Shown one piece after another: positions 1 through 8,204 of a stretch of 49,089 nucleotides of DNA. The notes under the pieces were generated by a model, which saw nothing but the letters and a program-made list of their open reading frames with translations, was not told where the DNA came from and did no database searches. The number at the start of each line of letters is the position of its first letter. The first letter of the stretch is position 1. The position numbers and the translations under genes were made by a program. Source of the DNA: Akkermansiaceae bacterium (GTDB lineage: Bacteria; Verrucomicrobiota; Verrucomicrobiia; Verrucomicrobiales; Akkermansiaceae); NCBI GenBank assembly GCA_041737575.1, contig JBGSRM010000095.1, positions 1 to 49,089 on the forward strand. Reading direction: 5' to 3'.

Positions 1-34
1 CGTGGGTGTGGTGGTTTCTTTCCGATAGGGGGAA

Positions 35-1762
35 TTATTTTTTTGCTTCGGATTCGCCGCCGACGAGGGCGACGCCGTAGGCTTCTAGGCGGTCGTGGGC
101 AGCTCCTGATTCCGGTGTTTTCGGGTAGCGGCGGAGGACGGTGCGGAGTTGGTTGACTTCTTTCCCTTTGTCACCGGAGGTTTTGTAGATGTTGGCGACT
201 TCGAGGCTGGCTTTTGAGGCGATGGGGCCGCCGAGAGATTCGAGTTCGGAGATGGTTTTGATGGCTTGATCGTATTGTTTCATCGCGCGGAGGCACTGGG
301 CGATTTCCCAGGTAGAGTCGGGTTGTTTATTGGCGGCGCGGTAGGCTTCGATGGCCTCCTGGTGGCGGCCAAGATTTTGGAGGAGGGTGGCTTTGGTCCA
401 AGTGAGGCCGTCGGCGTATTGGGGGGATTTGGCTAGCTCCGGGATTTCGGCGAGTGCTTTTTCCATGTAGGGTGCATTGCGGTGGCTACGGGAAATATAG
501 TAGTCGAAGCGGGTTTTGGTGGCGAGCATGGGGTCCTTGATGCGGGTGATGTGGCGGAGGACGTCTTCTTCGGTTTGGTAGTGGCCTGCGAGGAGTGCGA
601 AGCGTTGGATTTCGGGGTCGGAGAGGGAATCGGTGCGGACGGTGCGGAGGACGGTTTGGGCTTCCTCGTGCATTTGGTGGGGGTGGTGGAGTTTGGCGAT
701 GAGGTCGAGGAGTTCGTTGGGTTTGAGGCTGGCGAGGAGTGGGGTGCTATGTTTACTGAAGAATTCGGAGCGAAGTTTGGGGTCGGCTTTGTAGTGGCTG
801 GCAAATTGGAGGATGCGGTCGATGGTGGCGGGTTTGAGTGCGAATTGTTTTTCCATGCGGGCGGCCCATGCGATGGGGTCTTTTTCGTGGATGGCGGTAA
901 CGGAGATGGCGAGGATGCGGAGGTCGTCGTTTTCGGGGAATTTTTCTGCGATTTTAGCGGACCAGTGGGCGGCGGCGGTTTCGCGGTTTTCGGAGGTTGT
1001 GAGTATGACGGTTTGGAGGGCGGTGGACCAGTAGCGGGCGTCTTCCTCGGGTTTATCGGTGTTTTTGCCGTCGCCGTTGAAGCCACTGGCGGCGATGTAG
1101 AATTCCTTGAGTTTGTCGTGGTTGGGGCTGCGGGTTGCGTAGTGTTTGAGGACGGCTTCGCGGGCGGCTCGGGCGGCGTTGGGGTTGGATTTCTGGAAGG
1201 CGACGGCGGTGCGCCATTGGTATTCGGCGGCTTCCTCGAACTTGCCGAGTTTTTCCATGGCGGAGCTGAGGTGGACGAGTGCGGTGCCGGAGTTTGGCTG
1301 GGTGACGTAGCCGTCGTCTTTGACGAGGCGTGCCCAGGTGGCGGTTTGTTTTTCTTCCTCGCCGTTTTGGCCGTGGCACTCGCCTATGTAATAGAGTGCG
1401 GCGGCGGCGAAGGCGACATCGTCGGGGTAGTAGTCGAGGACATCCTGGTAGGCTTTGATGGCGTTGTTGCGTTTGTCGAGTTTGTGGAGGCAACGGCCGA
1501 GGCGGAGGAGGACGTAGGAGTTAGCTTTGCTATTCGGGAACTCGAAGGAGAAGGCTTTGTAGGCGGCGTAGGCGCCTTGGTAGTCGGGTTTCAAGAAGAG
1601 TTTATCGGCGTCTTCGAGGTTGACGGACTCGAAGGTGTCGAGTTTTGAAAAAACTTCGGCGGGGAGGGTGATTTCCTGACCGGCTTGGTTTTGGGCGCTT
1701 GAAATTTGGCAGCTCAGGCAGGCTAGGAATATGGATAATGCCAGGTTGCGGAGGGTAAACAT
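35..1762 (-). CDS. Secreted tetratricopeptide-repeat (TPR) protein
   Basis: 575-aa ORF with an N-terminal signal peptide and repeated TPR-like helical units (e.g. VLLRLGRCLHKLDKRNNAIKAYQDVLDYYP, ALYYIGECH, VLRRYPKTPE). Confidence 0.8.
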   Translation of the reverse strand: MFTLRNLALSIFLACLSCQISSAQNQAGQEITLPAEVFSKLDTFESVNLEDADKLFLKPDYQGAYAAYKAFSFEFPNSKANSYVLLRLGRCLHKLDKRNNAIKAYQDVLDYYPDDVAFAAAALYYIGECHGQNGEEEKQTATWARLVKDDGYVTQPNSGTALVHLSSAMEKLGKFEEAAEYQWRTAVAFQKSNPNAARAAREAVLKHYATRSPNHDKLKEFYIAASGFNGDGKNTDKPEEDARYWSTALQTVILTTSENRETAAAHWSAKIAEKFPENDDLRILAISVTAIHEKDPIAWAARMEKQFALKPATIDRILQFASHYKADPKLRSEFFSKHSTPLLASLKPNELLDLIAKLHHPHQMHEEAQTVLRTVRTDSLSDPEIQRFALLAGHYQTEEDVLRHITRIKDPMLATKTRFDYYISRSHRNAPYMEKALAEIPELAKSPQYADGLTWTKATLLQNLGRHQEAIEAYRAANKQPDSTWEIAQCLRAMKQYDQAIKTISELESLGGPIASKASLEVANIYKTSGDKGKEVNQLRTVLRRYPKTPESGAAHDRLEAYGVALVGGESEAKK

Positions 1763-1821
1763 GGTGGCTAATACGTGTGGTGGGTGGTGATTATGTCGAG
1801 AAAATTTATCCGTGGGGGTGG

Positions 1822-3090
1822 TCAGACGCGGACGCGTTCGACATTGGCGCCGAGAGAGAGGAGTTTTTCATCGATGTGTTCGTAGCCGCGATCAATGTGG
1901 TAGAGGCGGGAGATTTCGGTGGTTCCTTTTGCGCGGAGGGCGGCGAGGACGAGGGCGGCGGAGGCACGGAGATCGGATGCCATGACGGGCGCAGCTGAGA
2001 GTTTTGTGACGCCGGTGACGATGGCGGTGCCGTGGTCGAGTTTGATGTCGGCGCCCATACGTTTCAGTTCCGCGCAATGCATGAAGCGTTGTGGGAAGAT
2101 GCTGTCTTTGATGACGCTGATGCCGGGGGTGGTGACGAGCAGGGCGGTCATTTGCGCCTGCATGTCGGTCGGGTAACCGGGGAAAGGGGCGGTGTTGAGA
2201 TTGACGCCTTGTGGAGAGTCGCCGCGCTCGACGTAGCAGGAGTCGCCGGCTTCGTTGAAGTCGACGCGATGGCCGGATTTGAGCAGGGCGGCGGTGATGG
2301 CTTCGAGGTGGTCGCGGTTGACGCGTTTGAGGGTGACACCTTCGCCTGCGAGGGCGGCGGCGGCCATGAAGGTGCCGGCTTCAATGCGATCCGGGATGAC
2401 GGTGTGGACGACGCCTTTGAGTTCCTTGACGCCTTCGATGACGATACGGCGTGTGCCTGCGCCGGTGATTTTGGCACCCATGGCGTTGAGGAAATTGGCG
2501 AGGTCGAGGACTTCTGGTTCGGCGGCGGCGGATTCGATGACGGTGATGCCTTCGGCGAGTGTTGCGGCCATCATGACGTTGTCTGTGCCGAGAACGGTGG
2601 GGCCGCTTTCGCCGCGGAGGTTGATTTCCGCGCCGCGGAGGCCGTCGGGTGCGGTGAGGATGATGTTACCGCCTTCGAATTCGATTTTTGCGCCGAGGGC
2701 GGCCATGCCTTTTAGGTGAAGGTCGACGGGGCGGTCTCCGATGACGCAGCCGCCGGGGAGCGAGACGACGGCGCGGCCTTTGCGGGCGAGAAGGGGGCCC
2801 ATGACGCAGATGGAAGCGCGCATGCGCCGGACGAGTTCGTAGGGGGCTTCGTCAGAAATATCCGCGCAGGTGATGCGGACGGTGCCGGAGGAGCGTTCGA
2901 CATCAGCACCGAGTGCGCTGAGGATTTGGATCATGTAATTCGTGTCCGAGACATCGGGGACGCGGCGGATGATGCAGTCTTCACCGGTGAGGATGGCGGC
3001 GGCAAGGATGGGGAGGGATGCGTTTTTCGATCCGGAAATGTTAATGGCTCCTTTGATGGTGGAGCCGCCGTGGACGACGAGTTTATCCAT
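1822..3090 (-). CDS. murA: UDP-N-acetylglucosamine 1-carboxyvinyltransferase
   Basis: SGSKNASLP, RMRAS, LPGGCVIGDRPVDLH (catalytic Cys loop), PDRIEAGT, PGYPTDMQ, DLRASAAL, HIDRGYE. Confidence 0.97.
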   Translation of the reverse strand: MDKLVVHGGSTIKGAINISGSKNASLPILAAAILTGEDCIIRRVPDVSDTNYMIQILSALGADVERSSGTVRITCADISDEAPYELVRRMRASICVMGPLLARKGRAVVSLPGGCVIGDRPVDLHLKGMAALGAKIEFEGGNIILTAPDGLRGAEINLRGESGPTVLGTDNVMMAATLAEGITVIESAAAEPEVLDLANFLNAMGAKITGAGTRRIVIEGVKELKGVVHTVIPDRIEAGTFMAAAALAGEGVTLKRVNRDHLEAITAALLKSGHRVDFNEAGDSCYVERGDSPQGVNLNTAPFPGYPTDMQAQMTALLVTTPGISVIKDSIFPQRFMHCAELKRMGADIKLDHGTAIVTGVTKLSAAPVMASDLRASAALVLAALRAKGTTEISRLYHIDRGYEHIDEKLLSLGANVERVRV

Positions 3091-3105
3091 TTTTTTGTGA
3101 GTGAT

Positions 3106-3945
3106 TCAGGGATGTTTTGCGAAGGGAAAACGCGCGATACCAGCGAGGTCTTTGCGGAATTCGATTTCAGTGAAGCCGGATTGTTCCAGAGAGAGTTGCA
3201 CGTGTGAAGCCTGATCGTGGCCGATTTCCAGGGCGAGGGTTGCGCCAGGTTTCAGGAAGTTGAAAGCTTTGGGGATGAAGCGGTGGAGGTGATCCATGCC
3301 TTGTGGGCCGGAGAAGAGGGCGAGCGGTGGGTCGTGGGCGAGTTCTTTTTTCATCAGGGACGCTTCGCCGCTAGGGACGTAGGGGAGGTTGGCGACGATG
3401 AGATCGAAGGTGCCGGTGACGGCGTTTAGGAGATCGCTTTGGAGGAAGGTGATGTTGGTGATGTGGAGTTTTGTGGCGTTTTCGCGGGAGAGATCGAGGG
3501 TGACTGGGGAAATATCGACGAGGGTTACGAGACATTTAGGTCGTTTCGCAGCGAGCGAGAGGCCAATGATGCCTGAGCCGCAGCCGACATCGAGGATGGT
3601 GAGTTCGCTGGCGGGAGGGATGAGGGGGAGGATCATTTCCACGAGTTCTTCTGTCTCGGGGCGTGGGATGAGGGCGCGGTTATCGCAGATGAAATCGTTG
3701 CCTAGGAAGTGGACTTCGCCGAGGATGTGCTGGAGGGGGATGCCTTCTGAGCGCTTTTTGAGTGATTCGCGGAGAGGGGCGAGTTCGGATTCGATGAGAG
3801 GGCGGTCGAACTGGGTGTAGAGCTGCATGCGTGAGCAGCCGAGTTGTTTAGCGAGAAGGTGCTCCATGTTGCGGCGCGCGTCCTCGATGCCGCGTTTTTC
3901 GAGGTAATCCGCGCCAGCTTTGATTGTTTCGAGCACCGACTTCAT
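3106..3945 (-). CDS. prmC: Release factor glutamine methyltransferase (HemK)
   Basis: PLQHILG, ALIPRPETEELV, SAM motif LDVGCGSG, ANLPY (NPPY variant), LEIG. Confidence 0.95.
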   Translation of the reverse strand: MKSVLETIKAGADYLEKRGIEDARRNMEHLLAKQLGCSRMQLYTQFDRPLIESELAPLRESLKKRSEGIPLQHILGEVHFLGNDFICDNRALIPRPETEELVEMILPLIPPASELTILDVGCGSGIIGLSLAAKRPKCLVTLVDISPVTLDLSRENATKLHITNITFLQSDLLNAVTGTFDLIVANLPYVPSGEASLMKKELAHDPPLALFSGPQGMDHLHRFIPKAFNFLKPGATLALEIGHDQASHVQLSLEQSGFTEIEFRKDLAGIARFPFAKHP

Positions 3946-4030
3946 TTGTTGGGGTGCTTATGTGGTGAAAACGACAAGGGAGCAAAGGCGGAAAGTGAGA
4001 ATGGAGAATGTTTTGATGTTGCGGTGATCT

Positions 4031-5191
4031 GTGAGCTTGTTAACCGAGGGCATCGCGCAACCCATTTCCATAGCCGGCATCGGTGTTTTATCTTGTTTAG
4101 GGCATGATGTTGAAACGCACAAGCGGGCCATTTTGGAGGGGAGAAGCGGGATGAGGAGGATGTCGGAGTTGTTTGGTGAAGGCAGCCGTCATGGGGATTT
4201 GTATGGTGGATGGATCGAGCCGAGGGGGCTTCTTACGGATCGGAAATGGAGTCCTGCGAGCATGGCTGCGTTGCATGTGGCGAGGCAGGCGGTGGTGGAG
4301 GCGGGTTGGAGTTCCAGGGAGTTGGAGAACACGGCGTTGGTGGTGGGTACGAGTCGAGGTAACGCGGCGGGTTGGTTGGATCCGTGGCCTGGTAGAAGGC
4401 CGTTCCAATTGATGGCTGCGAGCAACACGATACATAGTGAACCAGCGACTGCGATTTCCATCGAGCTTGGGATACTTGGTGCGAATCATTTGGTGGCGAG
4501 CGGATGCTCTGCGGGGCTGGATGCGTTGGGGGTTGGTAAATTGCTGATGGATTCGGGTGAGGTGGATCGGGCATTGGTGGTGGCGGTCGAGTTGCCGTTG
4601 GTTTCGATTTTGTTAGATGGGTATGCTTCTTCGGGTTTACTGGGAAAAGCATCGAAGCTCGATCCATACGCGCATGGGACGGATGGTTTTCTGCCGGCGG
4701 AGGGGGCTGGTGCGATCGCGCTTACGAAAGAGGTATCGGGATCCTTGCGATTTAGTTATTATTCCAATAACTCGGATGGCTCCAATCCTGTGGGTGTGCC
4801 GAAGGATGGAGGGAGGAGCTATCTATTGTTGGAAAAGGCGATTGATATATACGGGATGCCTCGCGCGATCTGCCCACATGCGACCGGCACGCAAACACAG
4901 GCGGCTGCGGAGCGTGCGTTATTTGGAAAATTCTTTGTGGGAGCTGGGACATCGCTGCATGTTTTGAAGCCATTTGTAGGACATACCGTGGGTGCGAGCG
5001 GGCTATTAGAAAGCGCCCTGATGTTGTCATTCATGCGGGAAGGGATGCTGCCGCCGAATTATCCGGGGACGTCAGGAATGGATGGCATGTTGATGCCAAG
5101 CGGTTCTGTTTCAGAACCAGGTGCCGTCTTCAAACTTGCGCATGGCATGGGCGGGCACAATTCTATAGCTGTATTCCATCATAAATCATGA
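4031..5191 (+). CDS. Beta-ketoacyl-ACP synthase (FabF-like) family protein
   Basis: GTG start; catalytic Cys in SGCSAGLDA, EGAGA, PHATGT and GHTVGASG His motifs, C-terminal GMGGHN. Confidence 0.85.
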   Translation: MSLLTEGIAQPISIAGIGVLSCLGHDVETHKRAILEGRSGMRRMSELFGEGSRHGDLYGGWIEPRGLLTDRKWSPASMAALHVARQAVVEAGWSSRELENTALVVGTSRGNAAGWLDPWPGRRPFQLMAASNTIHSEPATAISIELGILGANHLVASGCSAGLDALGVGKLLMDSGEVDRALVVAVELPLVSILLDGYASSGLLGKASKLDPYAHGTDGFLPAEGAGAIALTKEVSGSLRFSYYSNNSDGSNPVGVPKDGGRSYLLLEKAIDIYGMPRAICPHATGTQTQAAAERALFGKFFVGAGTSLHVLKPFVGHTVGASGLLESALMLSFMREGMLPPNYPGTSGMDGMLMPSGSVSEPGAVFKLAHGMGGHNSIAVFHHKS

Positions 5192-6318
5192 GTAACGATA
5201 CGAGACCAGAGACACGCGTTGAGATTTCCATGGACGAGCAAGTGCTGGATGTTTTCAGAGATGGAAGACGCGTGCGGAGGTTTCCGATATCCAGTGGAGA
5301 GAAAGGAATGGGATTTGTGGAGGGAAGTTTCCGGACACCTACCGGGAGGTTTCGTGTCTCAGAGAAGATCGGCGATGGGGAAGCGTTGGGGACAAGATTT
5401 ATCATGAGAGTTCCGTGCGGAGTTTGGGATAGCAACCAATCATGTGATGAAGACTTGATTTTGACGCGGATCATGAGGCTCGATGGATTAGACCCTGAAA
5501 ATGGGAATACCTTGCAGCGCAACATTTATATCCACGGGACGAATCGGGAAGACCGTATTGGCGAACCCGCGAGCCATGGATGTATCCGGTTGCGGAATGA
5601 GGATATGATTGAATTATTTGATGCAATTTCTGTTTCTACAGAAGTAGTTATTTATCCATTAACACGCCAATCCGGGAAGATACTATTTATCGATTGTGAT
5701 TCTACAATTTCATCGATTGAAGGAATTGATGAGCTTGCCCGGTTGTGTGACCCGGCGACATTTCGTGAGGTGGAGGAACTTACCAACTTAGCCATGAACG
5801 GTGAGGTGGCGTTGGATGAAATTTTCAAAAGGCGTATGGAGATCATCAGGCCGAATCAGGCGATGGCAGAGGAAGTTGGTTTTAAATACATGGAAACTAT
5901 CATGCCGGGTGTTGATGAATTGATCCTGATGGCGAAATCGATGGGCTGGCTACCTGTTATACTTTCAGGTGGATTTGAACCGCTCATCAGACCAGTGGCA
6001 ACCCGCCTGGGAATCAAGCATGTGGAAGCTGTCCCGCTGTATTTTGATGAGAACGGTGAATATGCGGGTTACGGCGAAGATTTTCCTACCACTAGAAATC
6101 ACGGCAAAAACAAGATTATACAGGAGTGGAGGGATGCGATGTTGCCTGAACGGATTATCATGATCGGAGATGGTGTATCCGATTTGGAAACAAAGAGTGA
6201 TGTGGATATGATGATAGGGTATGGTGGGGTTGTTAAGCGTGAGAAAGTAAGAAGTGCTGCAGATGCATGGCTTGATACATTTCAGGATTCTGAGGCACTG
6301 ACATCTATTTTAGAATAA
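5188..6318 (+). CDS. Fusion of L,D-transpeptidase (YkuD) domain and HAD phosphoserine-phosphatase-like domain
   Basis: N-half has FRTPTGRF and IYIHGT...GEPASHGCIRL; C-half has DCDSTI (HAD motif I), ILSGGF, K and IGDGVSD. ATGA overlap with the upstream gene. Confidence 0.85.
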   Translation: MSNDTRPETRVEISMDEQVLDVFRDGRRVRRFPISSGEKGMGFVEGSFRTPTGRFRVSEKIGDGEALGTRFIMRVPCGVWDSNQSCDEDLILTRIMRLDGLDPENGNTLQRNIYIHGTNREDRIGEPASHGCIRLRNEDMIELFDAISVSTEVVIYPLTRQSGKILFIDCDSTISSIEGIDELARLCDPATFREVEELTNLAMNGEVALDEIFKRRMEIIRPNQAMAEEVGFKYMETIMPGVDELILMAKSMGWLPVILSGGFEPLIRPVATRLGIKHVEAVPLYFDENGEYAGYGEDFPTTRNHGKNKIIQEWRDAMLPERIIMIGDGVSDLETKSDVDMMIGYGGVVKREKVRSAADAWLDTFQDSEALTSILE

Positions 6319-6330
6319 TTAATATATCCC

Positions 6331-6358
6331 TTGCTAAGCTAATATATCGAATTAAGTT
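6331..6358 (+). promoter_or_regulatory. Putative sigma70 promoter of the 6368 gene, overlapped by a TAATATATC direct repeat
   Basis: TTGCTA (6331-6336), 16 nt spacer, TAAGTT (6353-6358); TAATATATC at 6320-6328 and 6340-6348. Confidence 0.4.
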
Positions 6359-6367
6359 GCCGCAGCA

Positions 6368-6697
6368 ATGAGTGAACCAAGTAAAAAAAGAAAAGCACGC
6401 GGACAGCGTTACAGTGCAGAGGAAAAGAACAAAGTTGTGACATTTGTGAATGAATACAACAGTGCGAACGGACGCGGTGGACAGAGTGCGGCTTCCGTAA
6501 AATTCGGTGTTTCGCCCCTTACGATCATGACGTGGCTCAAAGGCAGCGGCTCAAAGGTTTCGACGAAGTCTTCCAAAAAAGGCAGCATGCAAAACACGCT
6601 TAATTCCTTGCTCACGCTTGGGAAGGAAATTGACAAGATTGAGGCTGAACTGAAGGTGAAGAGAGCAAAGTTTGATGCGCTTAAAGCCACGCTTTGA
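6368..6697 (+). CDS. Small basic protein with HTH-like N-terminus and C-terminal coiled coil (possible DNA-binding protein)
   Basis: RYSAEEK...QSAASVKFGVSPLTIMTWLK resembles an HTH; Lys-rich linker; heptad-like tail; followed by a terminator. Confidence 0.65.
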   Translation: MSEPSKKRKARGQRYSAEEKNKVVTFVNEYNSANGRGGQSAASVKFGVSPLTIMTWLKGSGSKVSTKSSKKGSMQNTLNSLLTLGKEIDKIEAELKVKRAKFDALKATL

Positions 6698-6714
6698 TTG
6701 GGTTTGAATTTTGT

Positions 6715-6751
6715 AAGAGCCGCTTTCGCTATGTGCGGGGGCGGCTTTTTT
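6715..6751 (+). terminator. Intrinsic terminator
   Basis: AAGAGCCGCTTTCGC-TATGT-GCGGGGGCGGCTTTT hairpin with U-tract, just after the 6697 stop. Confidence 0.8.
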
Positions 6752-6840
6752 ATTGTTTCCGATGTTGTGGAATGTTTCGTCGATATTCATTCTCAGCGTT
6801 GCCATCGTTGCCGGTGATGGCGTTTAATTCATTCAGATTC

Positions 6841-8064
6841 ATGATGCATAAGCTTAGAAAACAGTTGTTAGTGCACACATTTGTGGCAGCTATATGTGGT
6901 GTGCCTACGTGGGTAGTTGCAGAGCCCTCTCGTGGTGTGGTGGGGTCGTCTGGTGACTGGTGTGAGTGGTTGCAGAGCAAGCCGGGGACAATTTATAAGA
7001 ATGCGGAGAATCCGATTTTGCAGGGGTTTCAGATTGGTGGGCGGTTTCAGTATCAGGCGGCTTATCTGGATGGTGAGGATGTGAATGGGCGTGATTTCAA
7101 CGATGCGTATGATGATTACCGGCGAGTGCGGTTGGAGACGAAGGTGGATTTTCTGCAGTATTTTAGTGCGAGCGTTAAGTTGAACATGGTGAATGATGGG
7201 CGGGCGGCTGGGAATGACTTGGATTGGGGTTATGATAACTTCGAGGAGGCGGTTTTTACTTTTGATCTGAAGAAGGCTTTTGGTGGTGGGTCGTTGGATT
7301 CGCTGGAGCTAAAATATGGGCGTTTCAAATTCACGATGACGGAGGAGATTCACATGTCATCGAGAGAAATTTATACGATGGAGCGATCGGCGATTGCGAA
7401 TAAGCTCGGTGGTCCGAATGCGCGTCCGACGGGTGTGACATTGGATGCTGAACTTGGCAAGTGGTCGGGGACGGTGGGTATTTTTAGTGGAGAGGATGAT
7501 TCGGAATTCATCGGGGGGTGGAATGATGGTTTGGCGTATTATTTTTCGCTGGCACACCAGACGACGGATGAGTGGGAGTTCGTGTTGGATTTCGTGATGA
7601 ATGATCCCAGCGGTGCGGATAGTTTCATTGATTATGAATGGGCGACAGCGCTGAATGCGATTTATGAGGAAGGTGGATATGGGGTGGTATCCACGGTGGT
7701 GATTGGAGAGAATTCAGGTGGTGTGGCGAACCGAGGTGGTAAGTTTCATGGTTTGGTGGTGATGCCTTGGTATTGGGTGGTGGAGAAGAAGCTGCAGGCG
7801 GTGGCACAGTATCAATATGCCGGTGCGAGTGAAAGCGAGGGGATCCGCACGAATTTACGCTATGTGCGCGGCGAGCATAGTCCAGGGGTAAATGTGAATG
7901 GGGGGCGGGGCGATGAGCTACACACGTTTTATGTGGGGCTCAATTACCTCATTTGTGGGGACAACCTGAAGATTATGGGTGGTGTTGAGTATGCGATGTT
8001 GGATACGCCGGCTGGCGATGTGGACACGCTTACTTACCTTGTCGGATTCAGGACGTTTTTCTGA
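6841..8064 (+). CDS. Outer-membrane porin, OprO/OprP-like
   Basis: Signal peptide, GRFQYQ and RRVRL motifs, GRFK..T.E..MSS...TMERS motif, alternating beta strands, terminal Phe. Start moved to the ATG at 6841 because the upstream ORF extension crosses a terminator. Confidence 0.75.
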   Translation: MMHKLRKQLLVHTFVAAICGVPTWVVAEPSRGVVGSSGDWCEWLQSKPGTIYKNAENPILQGFQIGGRFQYQAAYLDGEDVNGRDFNDAYDDYRRVRLETKVDFLQYFSASVKLNMVNDGRAAGNDLDWGYDNFEEAVFTFDLKKAFGGGSLDSLELKYGRFKFTMTEEIHMSSREIYTMERSAIANKLGGPNARPTGVTLDAELGKWSGTVGIFSGEDDSEFIGGWNDGLAYYFSLAHQTTDEWEFVLDFVMNDPSGADSFIDYEWATALNAIYEEGGYGVVSTVVIGENSGGVANRGGKFHGLVVMPWYWVVEKKLQAVAQYQYAGASESEGIRTNLRYVRGEHSPGVNVNGGRGDELHTFYVGLNYLICGDNLKIMGGVEYAMLDTPAGDVDTLTYLVGFRTFF

Positions 8065-8160
8065 GGCCGATGGCGATATGGAATCGCCGCAAAAGAACGC
8101 AGAGGTGGAGATTGTGTATGGTTTGAACGAGCTGAGAATCGGTCAGGACCCTGATTTTCG

Positions 8161-8188
8161 AACCACGAAAGTCACGAAACACACGAAA
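8161..8188 (+). repeat. CACGAAA x3 with 9-nt period
   Basis: AACCACGAAAGTCACGAAACACACGAAA between convergent genes. Confidence 0.6.
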
Positions 8189-8204
8189 GGAATGCGATGT
8201 TTTG

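Noticed and set aside
482-1648. Long antisense ORFs (also 2032-2715, 11111-11896, 15602-16621, 25336-26604, 29290-30309, 30650-32146)
   Set aside because: They lie opposite well-supported genes, have no motifs, and are expected shadows of biased codon usage.
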